A DNA stretch of 63,755 bases, the filler included, from an uncultured bacterium (GTDB lineage Bacteria; Hinthialibacterota; Hinthialibacteria; Hinthialibacterales; Hinthialibacteraceae): assembly GCA_964449065.1 (NCBI GenBank). It is 3 parts of 3 records of this genome, joined end to end, with 100 filler letters (N's around TTAATTAATTAA, not from the genome) between each part and the next. Parts side by side here need not be neighbours in the genome. Positions count along the whole stretch, not along the records: positions 21,930 to 43,496 come from CAYVAZ010000045.1; positions 43,597 to 63,755 come from CAYVAZ010000052.1; 1 more part is not named here. One strand, written 5' to 3'. The notes under the pieces were generated by a model. That model worked only from the letters and a program-made list of their open reading frames with translations, was not told the DNA's origin and ran no database searches. This document shows, one piece after another, positions 39,634-49,179 of the stretch; the stretch's first letter is position 1; the number at the start of each line of letters is the position of its first letter. The position numbers and the translations under genes were made by a program.

Positions 39634-40484
39634 ATCGATCAAGAACAGCCGCGGGGACTGTCCCCACGAGTTGACGCGGCTGCATTCGAGCGATTTGGGT
39701 TTGGTACCAATATTATTTAGGATTGTTCAGAACGAAAACCGCCACGATTTTTTTTCGTTGAGGCTTATCGCCACGCTTACACTACGATTCGAAATGGAAA
39801 CGGTATAAGTAGATAGAACGAGATGATATTTGATGTTGTTTTCGGGTTCCCTTTCCCCCTTCCAAGTACCAGCCGAAAAATGAAATGTCCGTTTTCGATA
39901 CCAATAGTGAGCTACCGGACAACAGCCGTTCGATTTGATTCAGGCTAACACTCAACTTTATTTGTGGTCACAACCCCCCTCTGTGTCTCCCCCAACTTGG
40001 GGGAGAAAAGGCTTTGTGTTTTCAGACGGAATGCCTTAAACCAATGGCATTTCGTGCAGTGGGCAGCCACGGGGGCTATCCCCCTAGACGTTAAAAATTT
40101 CTTACGTCAATGTCATTGCCAATCGTTCGCCTTAATAAGGCATAAACACTTGCCGGCCGGAAGCCAATGCTCCCCACACAATTGAAACGTAAAAATTTAA
40201 TTGTAAATGATATATCGTTCTTTTTTGGTTTTTCAATCGTTATCTCCAAGTAAACTTCACCTCTTTATTTTTCAGGCGGAATACAAAAAAAGTAATTGCA
40301 CCAATTTTGTTTAGGATTGTTCAGAATGAATATAGATAAGTCTATATTTATAAAGAAATTATATAAGTTCTTACACCGCAATCCAAGCGAAAAGCGGTGT
40401 GATTTATAATCCCAACAAGGGATCGGTAGATACACCATGCACGGCACGATTTGTTGCTGGAATAAAAAAAATAACAAAAACTTC

Positions 40485-40513
40485 TTGCATGAACGTTATA
40501 TCGTTCATATAAT
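40485..40513 (+). promoter_or_regulatory. Sigma70-type promoter (TTGCAT-17-TATAAT) containing perfect operator copy 3 (ATGAACG-ttatat-CGTTCAT, 40489-40508)
   Basis: Seen directly, about 100 bp upstream of the fasciclin gene. Confidence 0.75.
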
Positions 40514-40615
40514 ATAGAAAAAGGAAAGGAGGGTTAATCATTTATTCACGGGAATTTGTATTTCTGAAGAAAAATCACAGCAATAAACCAACCAAAATTA
40601 TTGAAAGGAAACATC

Positions 40616-41503
40616 ATGAAACAATTTACAAACGTCATTGTTACCGCAGCACTATTTGTAGGATTGAATACTTGGGCATCTGATCGCAACAGCAAGAAGG
40701 ATATCGTGGATACCGCCGTGTCCGCGGGTTCGTTTCAAACATTGGTAACCGCTGTCAAAGCGGCCGGTTTAGTGGAAACTTTGAAAGGCGAAGGCCCATT
40801 CACTGTTTTTGCCCCGACCGATGATGCATTCGCAAAAATCCCGAAAGAAACGTTGAGCGCGTTATTGGAGGATAAAGAAGCATTAACCGCCGTGTTAACC
40901 TATCACGTGGTACCGGGCAAAGTGTTGGCAAAAGATGTGATTGAGTTGAACGCGGCCAAGACTGTGAACGGTCAAGAGGCAGCGATCACGGTTAACGACG
41001 GCAAAGTCCGCATCGATGACGCAAACGTGGTTAAGACGGATATCAATTGTTCAAACGGTGTGATTCACGTGATTGATACTGTCATCATGCCGAAAGACAT
41101 TGTTGAGAAAGCCGCATCAATCGACGTGTTTTCGACCCTGGTCGCAGCCGTAAAAGCGGCCGGGTTGGTTGATACGTTGAAAGGCGAAGGTCCATTCACT
41201 GTATTTGCACCGACCAATGACGCATTCGCGAAATTGCCGGAAGGCACTGTTGAAAGCCTTTTGAAGCCGGAGAACAAAGCGAGATTGGTTGATATCCTGA
41301 CCTACCACGTCGTTTCGGGTAAGGTGTTGGCGGAAGATGTCGTCGGGTTAAAATCAGCCAAAACCGTGCAGGGGCAAGCCATCCGGATCAAGGTAAACGA
41401 TGGCAAAGTGATGTTGAATGACTCAAACGTAATCAAGACCGATGTAATCACCAGCAACGGTGTGATTCATGTGATTGATAACGTACTACTACCTTCAGAA
41501 TAA
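40616..41503 (+). CDS. Secreted fasciclin protein with two FAS1 domains
   Basis: Signal peptide; [17 protein letters not shown] and NGVIHVID each occur twice. Confidence 0.95.
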   Translation: MKQFTNVIVTAALFVGLNTWASDRNSKKDIVDTAVSAGSFQTLVTAVKAAGLVETLKGEGPFTVFAPTDDAFAKIPKETLSALLEDKEALTAVLTYHVVPGKVLAKDVIELNAAKTVNGQEAAITVNDGKVRIDDANVVKTDINCSNGVIHVIDTVIMPKDIVEKAASIDVFSTLVAAVKAAGLVDTLKGEGPFTVFAPTNDAFAKLPEGTVESLLKPENKARLVDILTYHVVSGKVLAEDVVGLKSAKTVQGQAIRIKVNDGKVMLNDSNVIKTDVITSNGVIHVIDNVLLPSE

Positions 41504-41522
41504 ACCGACCAAAAATGTTGAC

Positions 41523-41553
41523 GTGGAGAGCGTTCTTCAAGAAGGCTCTCCAC
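41523..41553 (+). terminator. Intergenic stem-loop (partial terminator or mRNA stabiliser)
   Basis: GTGGAGAGC...GCTCTCCAC inverted repeat; no U-tract. Confidence 0.4.
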
Positions 41554-41578
41554 CGAAACGCGAATCACAAGAAAAGGA

Positions 41579-42331
41579 ATGATTATGGTTTCAAACACCA
41601 AACCAGTTTATGTAATCTTTGGAGCGGCCGGGGGAGTTGGCAGCGTTCTCAGTAAAAAATTAGCGGAAGATTCCTGCCACCTTTTTCTGGCGGGACGTAC
41701 GGAGGGTTCTCTGCAAGCGTTGGCGGAAGCAACCGGAGGAAGTGCAATCGTGACCGATGTGACCGATGCGGAATCGGTGAAGCAATGCTTCGAGCAGGTG
41801 CTGTCCGAACATGACTCGATCCACGGTGTGGTGAACTGTGTCGGATCGATTTTGCTAAAGGCGGCACATATCACCAAAGACGAAGAATGGCACCAAACCC
41901 TAAATTTGAACCTAACTTCATCGTTTTACATATTGCGTGAAGCGGTAAAGCCAATGCAAAAATCCGGCGGGACTATAGTTTTGCTGTCTACCGCGGCCGC
42001 TTCGATCGGCGTCCCCAATCATGAAGCGATTGCGGCAGCTAAAGCCGGTGTGGAAGGGCTAGCCCGCTCGGCTTCGGCGACCTACGCGCGCAAAGGCATC
42101 CGCGTCAATTGTGTCGCGCCGGGATTGGTGGACACACCACTCGCGAAGCATATCACAGGAAACGATACCGCTCTTCAGGCATCCAAAGGAATGCATGCGT
42201 TGGGGCGAATCGGCCAACCGGAGGATATCGCGTCCTGCATATTCTTTTTGCTTCAGCCCCAAAACGATTGGATCACCGGACAGACCTTTGGGGTGGACGG
42301 CGGCCTTTCCAGCCTCGTGTCCAGAGCCTGA
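41579..42331 (+). CDS. SDR-family oxidoreductase with atypical active site
   Basis: [24 protein letters not shown]...VDGG; IAAAK where YxxxK is expected. Confidence 0.85.
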   Translation: MIMVSNTKPVYVIFGAAGGVGSVLSKKLAEDSCHLFLAGRTEGSLQALAEATGGSAIVTDVTDAESVKQCFEQVLSEHDSIHGVVNCVGSILLKAAHITKDEEWHQTLNLNLTSSFYILREAVKPMQKSGGTIVLLSTAAASIGVPNHEAIAAAKAGVEGLARSASATYARKGIRVNCVAPGLVDTPLAKHITGNDTALQASKGMHALGRIGQPEDIASCIFFLLQPQNDWITGQTFGVDGGLSSLVSRA

Positions 42332-42351
42332 ACAAACATAGGAGAGTTCAA

Positions 42352-42996
42352 ATGGTACAAACAGCGACTCAATTAAAAACCTCAGCCATCAAGACTAGCA
42401 GCAAACCGAATGGAAAGCTTTTGGATGATCCGATTGAAGGATTAACCAGACAATTGCTTTACTCGTTGGGAGAAGACCCGGAACGCGAGGGATTGTTGAA
42501 AACACCCAAACGTGTTTCGAAAGCCATGCGCGCGTTAACGGCAGGGTATGCGCAAGATGTAGAAGCGGTGATGAATGGGGCGGTCTTTGAAGAAGAGTAC
42601 GATGAAATGGTTGTGGTGAATGATATAGACTTCTTCAGCCTGTGTGAACATCACATGCTGCCGTTTTTCGGCAAGGTGCATATTGGTTACATACCCAATG
42701 GAAAGGTCATCGGCTTGTCAAAACTGCCGCGGATTGTGGAAGTCATCAGCCGGAGACTGCAAGTGCAGGAACGCATGACCAATCAAATCGCAAGGGCCAT
42801 CGAAGAGGTGCTGCAGCCGCAGGGTGTTGCGGTGGTATCGGAATCGCGGCACATGTGCATGATGATGCGCGGTGTACAAAAGACCAATTCCAACACCATT
42901 GCGAGTACAATGCTGGGGACGTTTCGTGAAAATATCCATACGCGGCAGGAGTTTATGTCCTTCATTCAGCATGGCGCAAAGCATTCATTCCTGTAA
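42352..42996 (+). CDS. folE: GTP cyclohydrolase I
   Basis: [47 protein letters not shown] 42352 after AGGAG. Confidence 0.96.
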   Translation: MVQTATQLKTSAIKTSSKPNGKLLDDPIEGLTRQLLYSLGEDPEREGLLKTPKRVSKAMRALTAGYAQDVEAVMNGAVFEEEYDEMVVVNDIDFFSLCEHHMLPFFGKVHIGYIPNGKVIGLSKLPRIVEVISRRLQVQERMTNQIARAIEEVLQPQGVAVVSESRHMCMMMRGVQKTNSNTIASTMLGTFRENIHTRQEFMSFIQHGAKHSFL

Positions 42997-43004
42997 TGAA
43001 TGAA

Positions 43005-43496
43005 TCACGCTGGAAAGAGGTCTTGGTGGGGGATTTGAATCGCATGGATTTTTTCTTCCACCACCTCTACACCGAGACCGGGTTGGGTTGGGATATCCAG
43101 CACACCCATTTTTGGAAGAAACCGGTTTGCGATTACGGAGTGATCCAAAAACTGCGGCCCGTTCAATGCAGCTGGGTACTGCAAGCCATACGCGCTGTAC
43201 AGGGCTAAGGTTGCAGCCAATGAGACATCCGGGTCGGTCAATCCGCTGCCTAAAAACATCATTCCCTGTTCCTGTACAAATTCGATTTGTTTTTTGGCTT
43301 CCAAGAGGCCGCCGCAACGGGCCGGTTTCATGGCGACACCATCCAGCATATTTAGTTTGGTGAACTCAACAAGTTCTGTCATGTTGATGATGCCTTCATC
43401 CATAATGATGGGCAGGGCTCCCTGTTTTTTTAAATCCCGGTAGGCGCTGATTTGATTCGGGCGGAAGGGGGATTCCAACACCGCGACACCGGTATC
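43005..43496 (-). CDS. C-terminal part of a mandelate racemase/muconate lactonizing (enolase superfamily) enzyme, cut by contig join
   Basis: ESP, PIIMDEG, MKPARCGGL, PTQPGLGVEV. Confidence 0.8.
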   Translation of the reverse strand, partial: DTGVAVLESPFRPNQISAYRDLKKQGALPIIMDEGIINMTELVEFTKLNMLDGVAMKPARCGGLLEAKKQIEFVQEQGMMFLGSGLTDPDVSLAATLALYSAYGLQYPAALNGPQFLDHSVIANRFLPKMGVLDIPTQPGLGVEVVEEKIHAIQIPHQDLFPA

Positions 43497-43596
43497 NNNN
43501 NNNNNNNNNNNNNNNNNNNNNNNNNNNNNNNNNNNNNNNNTTAATTAATTAANNNNNNNNNNNNNNNNNNNNNNNNNNNNNNNNNNNNNNNNNNNN
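43497..43596. other. Artificial contig join (Ns plus TTAATTAATTAA linker)
   Basis: Seen directly. Confidence 0.95.
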
Positions 43597-43614
43597 TGTT
43601 ACCCTTCCGCCAAT

Positions 43615-44484
43615 TTGCAAATTAAACCCGGAGCTATCGACAAACCGGTATGGAGTTCCATCGACGATTTACGCGAAGGCGTCAAACTGCAAGGATATTA
43701 CGGCGGCGTAAGGCTGATTCGGGCCATCATCAAACAGTTTGCCGACTACTGCGATCAGGAAGGCCTTTCCCTGTCCCACCGCAATTTCACGATTGAATAC
43801 GAATCCAACATTCCCGGACGGGTGGGACTGGCAGGCTCCAGCGCCATTATCACCGCCACCCTGCGCGCTTTGATGATTTACTTTGACGTCAGCATCCCCA
43901 AAGAGATCCAACCCAACATCATTTTGGCTGCCGAGAAAGATGAACTGGGAATCGGGGCGGGATTGCAGGACCGTGTCATTCAAGTATATGAAGACATGGT
44001 GTTTATGGATTTTGAGGAGGAGTATTTCAAAGCCAACGGCCATGGACGGTACGAACCGATTGAGCCCAACTTTTTACCGAATATATTTATTGCCTACGAC
44101 TCAACCCTCAGCGAAGGTTCGGAAGTATTTCACAACAACATTCGGGAACGGTTCGATGGGGGAGATAGAATAGTAGTGGACGCAATGAAAACCTTCGCCG
44201 GTTTTGCCCAAGAAGCCCGCGATGCCTTGATTAGCGGACACAAAGAGAAACTCGGCGAGTTGATGGATCAAAATTTCGACCTCAGAGCCACCCTATACAA
44301 TCTGCGTCCAAATGATTTAAACCTGGTCATGCGCGGCCGGGAAATTGGCGCCCACACCAAATTTGCCGGATCAGGCGGCGCGATTATCGGTGTGTATGAA
44401 GATGACGAAATGCTGGAGAACCTGCGCAAAACCTACCAAGAAATGGGCGCCGAACTGCTGGTCCCGACAATCAGCGCCGCGTAA
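43615..44484 (+). CDS. GHMP-family sugar kinase, glucuronokinase-like (5' end probably lost in join)
   Basis: IPGRVGLAGSSA ATP loop, AGLQDRVIQVY...MDF, KFAGSGGAIIG. Confidence 0.8.
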   Translation: MQIKPGAIDKPVWSSIDDLREGVKLQGYYGGVRLIRAIIKQFADYCDQEGLSLSHRNFTIEYESNIPGRVGLAGSSAIITATLRALMIYFDVSIPKEIQPNIILAAEKDELGIGAGLQDRVIQVYEDMVFMDFEEEYFKANGHGRYEPIEPNFLPNIFIAYDSTLSEGSEVFHNNIRERFDGGDRIVVDAMKTFAGFAQEARDALISGHKEKLGELMDQNFDLRATLYNLRPNDLNLVMRGREIGAHTKFAGSGGAIIGVYEDDEMLENLRKTYQEMGAELLVPTISAA

Positions 44485-44586
44485 CCTTATACGGATTCAA
44501 ATAAATTCTGTGTGATTCCTCCATAAAAGGGGAGCATCGGCTTCCAGCCGGTACCGCACACCGCATATTATTTCATTGAAGCGGTA

Positions 44587-45000
44587 TTATCTTCGATCCG
44601 CTATCCAAAAGCCGAAAAATCCACCAAGCCCGATCAAAATCAACGTAATGGGTTTGAGTTGATGAATGTGGGTGATGAAATACATCAGGCTGTTATCTCT
44701 GGTAAAGGGAAAGGCCTGCCATTCGGCATACAACCCAAGGATTACCGAAAATACCGCGCAAACAATGGATAAGATAAGCAGCCGGCGGGGGGCTAAGACG
44801 CGGCAGCCCGCACCCGCTAACATTCCCGGTAATATAATGGCATAGAATCCTTGCCGCACAATCCAGTTGAACCCAACGACACCCAGCACTCCCCCAACTG
44901 CCATGCCAATCAATCCACGGACAATTGCAAGGGTTGGGTTTGGAAAACGCTCTTGTTCCGAACCCGTTTGTTCTAATGCCTCTTTGGGTTGATCATTCAT
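44587..45000 (-). CDS. Small hypothetical membrane protein (about 4 TM)
   Basis: Gly-rich hydrophobic helices; ATG 45000 overlaps the upstream gene's end. Confidence 0.7.
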   Translation of the reverse strand: MNDQPKEALEQTGSEQERFPNPTLAIVRGLIGMAVGGVLGVVGFNWIVRQGFYAIILPGMLAGAGCRVLAPRRLLILSIVCAVFSVILGLYAEWQAFPFTRDNSLMYFITHIHQLKPITLILIGLGGFFGFWIADRR

Positions 45001-45922
45001 TCGATGAATCCGGTGTTGATGCCTTTTCTTCCTGTTCAGGAAGTGATTCCATATATTCAGCCACTGTAGTAAGTGCAAACGAATTAACAACATTCGATGG
45101 AAAATCCGCACCGTCAATATTCATATCCGTTTCCATTTCTTGCACCATTGTTCCTTCTTCTTCCTTGCTGATGATATGCCCGTCATCCATATTGAAACGG
45201 ATGGTTCCTTCGGTGCGCAGATCATAATTTTTAAAGGTGAAATTGAAAACCAAATTCGCTCCCGCTTGTTGATTCTTAAACGGATCAACTTCGATATCCT
45301 TTTCGCTAATTTCAGTCACCGTTTTGATTACGGCAATTGTTTTTCCCTCTTCTTCCTCTACGGAATCCAAGGTATAGGTCGTGTTCGCGATAATCGGCTT
45401 GGACGCGCCGGTCATCGGAACTTCGCGGGATTGATGCCATGAATCACCGCTTTTCACTTCCTCTTCCGGGCAAAAAAGCCACGGGATTTGTTCGGTGAGT
45501 TGATTGGCACCGGAGCCGGGACCGTTTACGTTCCCGCTTAGTGATGGCGAATGAATCACCCGCCCCAATGGGTCTAAAGTTAAACGTAGGGGTGTATCCC
45601 CTAAGCCCAACAGTTTTTTTAAATTCGGCTTTGTTCCGGAAGTGGATAGCGGATTTTCCATATCCAAATCCAGAATCTTCATAGACAGATTGGCTTTGCC
45701 GCTTTCCGTTACGGTATCTGTATGAAACGCCATCAACACATGAATTGTATTGGCGGTTTCCCGTTCCGCGCCCGCCGCCCGCGTCACGCCTTCCGACCCA
45801 AGAGCGGCTTTGTAATAGACTTCCTTGCCTTGTTTAAACTGATTGCGCAAGAGATAGGTATCTTGCGCGAAGGATTGGGCGGCAAAAACAAATAAGGCAA
45901 TAAATAGATGAACGAATTTCAT
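44993..45922 (-). CDS. Secreted beta-rich hypothetical protein (DUF6263-like)
   Basis: Signal peptide (SFA/QD), PEEEVKSGDSW, GTIRFNMDDGH; AGGAG RBS. Confidence 0.65.
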   Translation of the reverse strand: MKFVHLFIALFVFAAQSFAQDTYLLRNQFKQGKEVYYKAALGSEGVTRAAGAERETANTIHVLMAFHTDTVTESGKANLSMKILDLDMENPLSTSGTKPNLKKLLGLGDTPLRLTLDPLGRVIHSPSLSGNVNGPGSGANQLTEQIPWLFCPEEEVKSGDSWHQSREVPMTGASKPIIANTTYTLDSVEEEEGKTIAVIKTVTEISEKDIEVDPFKNQQAGANLVFNFTFKNYDLRTEGTIRFNMDDGHIISKEEEGTMVQEMETDMNIDGADFPSNVVNSFALTTVAEYMESLPEQEEKASTPDSSNE

Positions 45923-46002
45923 ATTGAACTCCTATAACGTTTCAGACAAATTACATTTATAACGTTTGGAAACCCGAAAAGGCTACAAAGATTCTTCTGG
46001 AT

Positions 46003-46290
46003 TCATAGTAACACATCCTCTTTAAAGACACTTTGCATAAATAAAGAGGATATTTTCGGGCTTATCTTAGCCTCATATTCCGTCATAACCACCGTATGGA
46101 TAAATGCATCATGTTCAAAGCCAATTTCCCATGCGGTTTCGCTTATTTTTTTCTCGTAGTTACATCAATCTCTTTTACGATGATCAGTACATCTATATCC
46201 GAATCAAAAGAATAATTCTCATAAACGGATTATCCATACTGATATACTTCCAAAAGTGGGATGGATGATTCAACCCGTTTTTGTTTCAAT
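46003..46290 (-). pseudogene. Degraded minimal nucleotidyltransferase (MNT-type antitoxin) gene
   Basis: My translation: ...LLEVYQYG*SVYENYSFDSDIDVLIIVKE, then a frameshift, then KKISETAWEIGFEHDAFIHTVV...SLFMQSVFKEDVLL*. Confidence 0.7.
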
Positions 46291-46291
46291 A

Positions 46292-46563
46292 ACTCATGTT
46301 ACGCATACGTAATGATATGCTCGTTATTCTAATCTCCCGCTGTATCTATCGCCCTCGCCCACCGGGAGAGGGTAGGGGTGAGGGCTTAGGAAGACAATCC
46401 CCTTTTTGTACGCTACTGAGTCGTAGGGAGCAATCGCTCTCTTCGCCCTCATCTCTTATCTTCTCCCAAAGGGAGAAGACGATAGTCGTACTGAAAATTA
46501 AAGGGCTTTCAATAGACTTCAATTTCAACATGAACTTTCTATTCCCTTTTGCGTAACGTCAGT
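46292..46563. mobile_element. MITE family E (TIRs ACTCATGTTACGCA / TGCGTAACGTCAGT) carrying the palindromic unit shared with 3171-3293
   Basis: 14-bp imperfect TIRs; the same ends occur at 19181-19194 and 21968-21981. Confidence 0.75.
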
Positions 46564-46600
46564 CAATAACTAAAAATTTTCTATAGGATGATTCATGAAC

Positions 46601-47011
46601 TCACCCCTCAATCCATTGGCTGCTGCCGTCCGGGTAGACTTCTTTTTTCCATAAGGGGGCACGCTTTTTAATCTCATCCATGATGTACGCGCAGGCCTCA
46701 AACGCTTCTTTGCGGTGTCCCGACGCGGTGGCGATCAGCACCAAATGATCTCCCGGCATTTGTTTGCCGCGGCGGTGCACCACAGCGGCGTTTTTTAAAC
46801 CATACTTTTGCAGCGCGTCTGCGCGAATGGCTTCCATCTCTTTACGGGCCATGGGTTCGTATACATCCCATTCCACACAAACCACTTCCTTGCCGGATTT
46901 ACTGGTTCCGCGCACCGAACCGGTGAATGTTACAACCGCGCCCACGCCCTCGCCTTCAAGATGCGATACCACTTCGTCAACCGAAAAATCCTCTTGCTGA
47001 ATGCGGATCAT
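46601..47011 (-). CDS. moaE: Molybdopterin synthase catalytic subunit
   Basis: GAVVTFTGSVR, YEPMA, HRRG, HRKEAF, APLWKKE; ATG 47011. Confidence 0.93.
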   Translation of the reverse strand: MIRIQQEDFSVDEVVSHLEGEGVGAVVTFTGSVRGTSKSGKEVVCVEWDVYEPMARKEMEAIRADALQKYGLKNAAVVHRRGKQMPGDHLVLIATASGHRKEAFEACAYIMDEIKKRAPLWKKEVYPDGSSQWIEG

Positions 47012-47256
47012 CTTCCACCTCCGCTCACCGGTGGAATCAACGCCAGCGTCCCGCCATCCTGCAAAGGGGTATCTGGGCGGCAATATTCTTCATTCCAGGC
47101 GGTTTGCGCCCGTTCCAGATGATTGGCAGCCGCGGGATATTTTCCCCGCAAGGTTTGCAATGCGTCCTCAACGGTATCACCGTTGACTTCCAATTCGATC
47201 TCGCTGCCGCCAACCGCGTCACGCAGTTGCGCGAACAGTAAAACGGTTATCTTCAT
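47008..47256 (-). CDS. moaD: Molybdopterin synthase sulfur carrier
   Basis: ITVLLFAQLRDAVG...ALIPPVSGG followed by an extra GR. Confidence 0.9.
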   Translation of the reverse strand: MKITVLLFAQLRDAVGGSEIELEVNGDTVEDALQTLRGKYPAAANHLERAQTAWNEEYCRPDTPLQDGGTLALIPPVSGGGR

Positions 47257-48536
47257 GATTCTCCCGGTACCAGTTTTTCTTTACCACCCAAATATTTCCG
47301 CAACGCTTCCGGTATCACAATGCTGCCGTCTTCCTGCTGATTGTTTTCTAAAATCGAAACCATCAACCGGGGTGTTGCCAGGCCGGAACCATTGAGCGTG
47401 TGAACATAACGCGGTTTTTGATCGCCGCCTTTGGGCCGGTAGCGGATATTTCCCCGGCGACCCTGATAGTCTTCACAATTGCTGCATGAGGAGACTTCAT
47501 AATAGGCGTTCTGCCCCGGCAGCCATACTTCAATATCATACGTTTTTGCCGATTGCTGCCCGATATCCCCCGTCACCAGCAGCATAACGTTGTAGTGGAT
47601 TTCCAACTTTTGCAGAATATCTTCTGCATCTTCCACAATCTTCTCCAGTTCATCATACGACGTTTCCGGGGTTGCGTATTTGTATATTTCAACTTTGTTA
47701 AATTGGTGCACCCGCACCAACCCGCGTTCTTCCGTGCCATAGGTACCCGCTTCCCGGCGAAAACACGGTGTTTGCGCGGTAAAATATAATGGAAGATCGT
47801 CTTCGTTCAATATTTCATCGCGGTACATGCTGGTCATCGGTACTTCGCTGGTAGGCAGCACATAAAAGCCGTCTTCTTCGCATTTGTAGAGTTGATCGGC
47901 AAATTTGGGCAAGTTACCGGATGTAAAGGTGGTCTGATAGTTCAGCAACAATGGAGGAAAAATCGCCTTATAGCCTTTCTCACGGTGTTGCTCGCGCATA
48001 AAGGTCAACAACGCCCATTCCAATTCCGCGCCCCAGCCGGTGTAAAGCGGAAACTGCGAGCCAGCGATTTTGGCTCCCCGCTCGAAGTCAAACAGACTAT
48101 GAAGTTTCCCTAGTTCCAAATGGTTTTTCGGTTCAAATCCAAGTTCTTTCTTTTCGCCGAAACTGCGCACCAATTGATTATTCTTCTTATCCATATCGGT
48201 AGGAACCGATTCATGCGGCAGGTTGGGCAATTCCGAAACTTTATGGTAAAGCGTTTCCTCAATTTCCTTCAGTTCGCGTTCTTTTTGCTTTACTTCTTGC
48301 GCGATCGATTTCATTTGCTCAAGCAAATCATCCGCGTTTTCTTTATTGCGTTTGCGTTCGCCGATTTCTTTATTAACTTTGCCTTGATCGGCTTTCATAT
48401 TATCGGTTTCGGCTTGCAGGCTTCTGCGTTTGCTATCCATTTCCACAATCGCATCCAGCGAAATGCCCGGATCTCGCCGCCGCAGTTGTTCCCGCACCCA
48501 ATCTGTTTTTTCCCGAATTAACTTAATGTCAAGCAC
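47253..48536 (-). CDS. serS: Serine--tRNA ligase
   Basis: [46 protein letters not shown]. Confidence 0.97.
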   Translation of the reverse strand: MLDIKLIREKTDWVREQLRRRDPGISLDAIVEMDSKRRSLQAETDNMKADQGKVNKEIGERKRNKENADDLLEQMKSIAQEVKQKERELKEIEETLYHKVSELPNLPHESVPTDMDKKNNQLVRSFGEKKELGFEPKNHLELGKLHSLFDFERGAKIAGSQFPLYTGWGAELEWALLTFMREQHREKGYKAIFPPLLLNYQTTFTSGNLPKFADQLYKCEEDGFYVLPTSEVPMTSMYRDEILNEDDLPLYFTAQTPCFRREAGTYGTEERGLVRVHQFNKVEIYKYATPETSYDELEKIVEDAEDILQKLEIHYNVMLLVTGDIGQQSAKTYDIEVWLPGQNAYYEVSSCSNCEDYQGRRGNIRYRPKGGDQKPRYVHTLNGSGLATPRLMVSILENNQQEDGSIVIPEALRKYLGGKEKLVPGES

Positions 48537-48999
48537 CCGCTAGTTCCTCCTTTGTTTTTCGTACCAGTGATATCTCACCTATTTTCATATTTTTATCAAC
48601 GGCTTTACACATATCGTAAATGGTTAAACCTGCTACGCTTACCGCCGTTAGCGCTTCCATTTCCACGCCGGTTCGGGCTGAACACTTTGCCGTTGCCGAA
48701 ATCAAAACCGATGCCTCTTCGACTGTAAACGCCACCGAGACGACATCCAACGGCAGCGAATGACAGAGAGGAATCAATTCATCCGTACGCTTGGCCGCCT
48801 GAATTCCCGCTATACGCGCCACCGAAAGCACATCCCCTTTGGGAACGGTCTGATCTTGAATGGCTTGTATGGTTTGCGGATGCATATAAATCCTGCCCTG
48901 CGCTTCAGCCGTACGGCAACTCACCGGTTTAGCCCCTACATCCACCATGGATGCGTTCCCCATCTCATCCACATGAGAAAAGGTTTTTTTCTGATTCAT
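48529..48999 (-). CDS. moaC: Cyclic pyranopterin monophosphate synthase
   Basis: [31 protein letters not shown]. Confidence 0.96.
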   Translation of the reverse strand: MNQKKTFSHVDEMGNASMVDVGAKPVSCRTAEAQGRIYMHPQTIQAIQDQTVPKGDVLSVARIAGIQAAKRTDELIPLCHSLPLDVVSVAFTVEEASVLISATAKCSARTGVEMEALTAVSVAGLTIYDMCKAVDKNMKIGEISLVRKTKEELAGA

Positions 49000-49179
49000 G
49001 TTTACCTAATTCTACGGTTTCGTGTATTGATTGCACTTACATCCACTGATGTTCAAAATTATAGTATGCCTGTTTTCTAAAGACTGCACAGTATACTTGT
49101 TTTCTCAAATCGATAAATCGATGAGGAAATAGCATGTCGCACGATCAACAAACCAGCAAAAGGCAGACCGTAAGCAATA

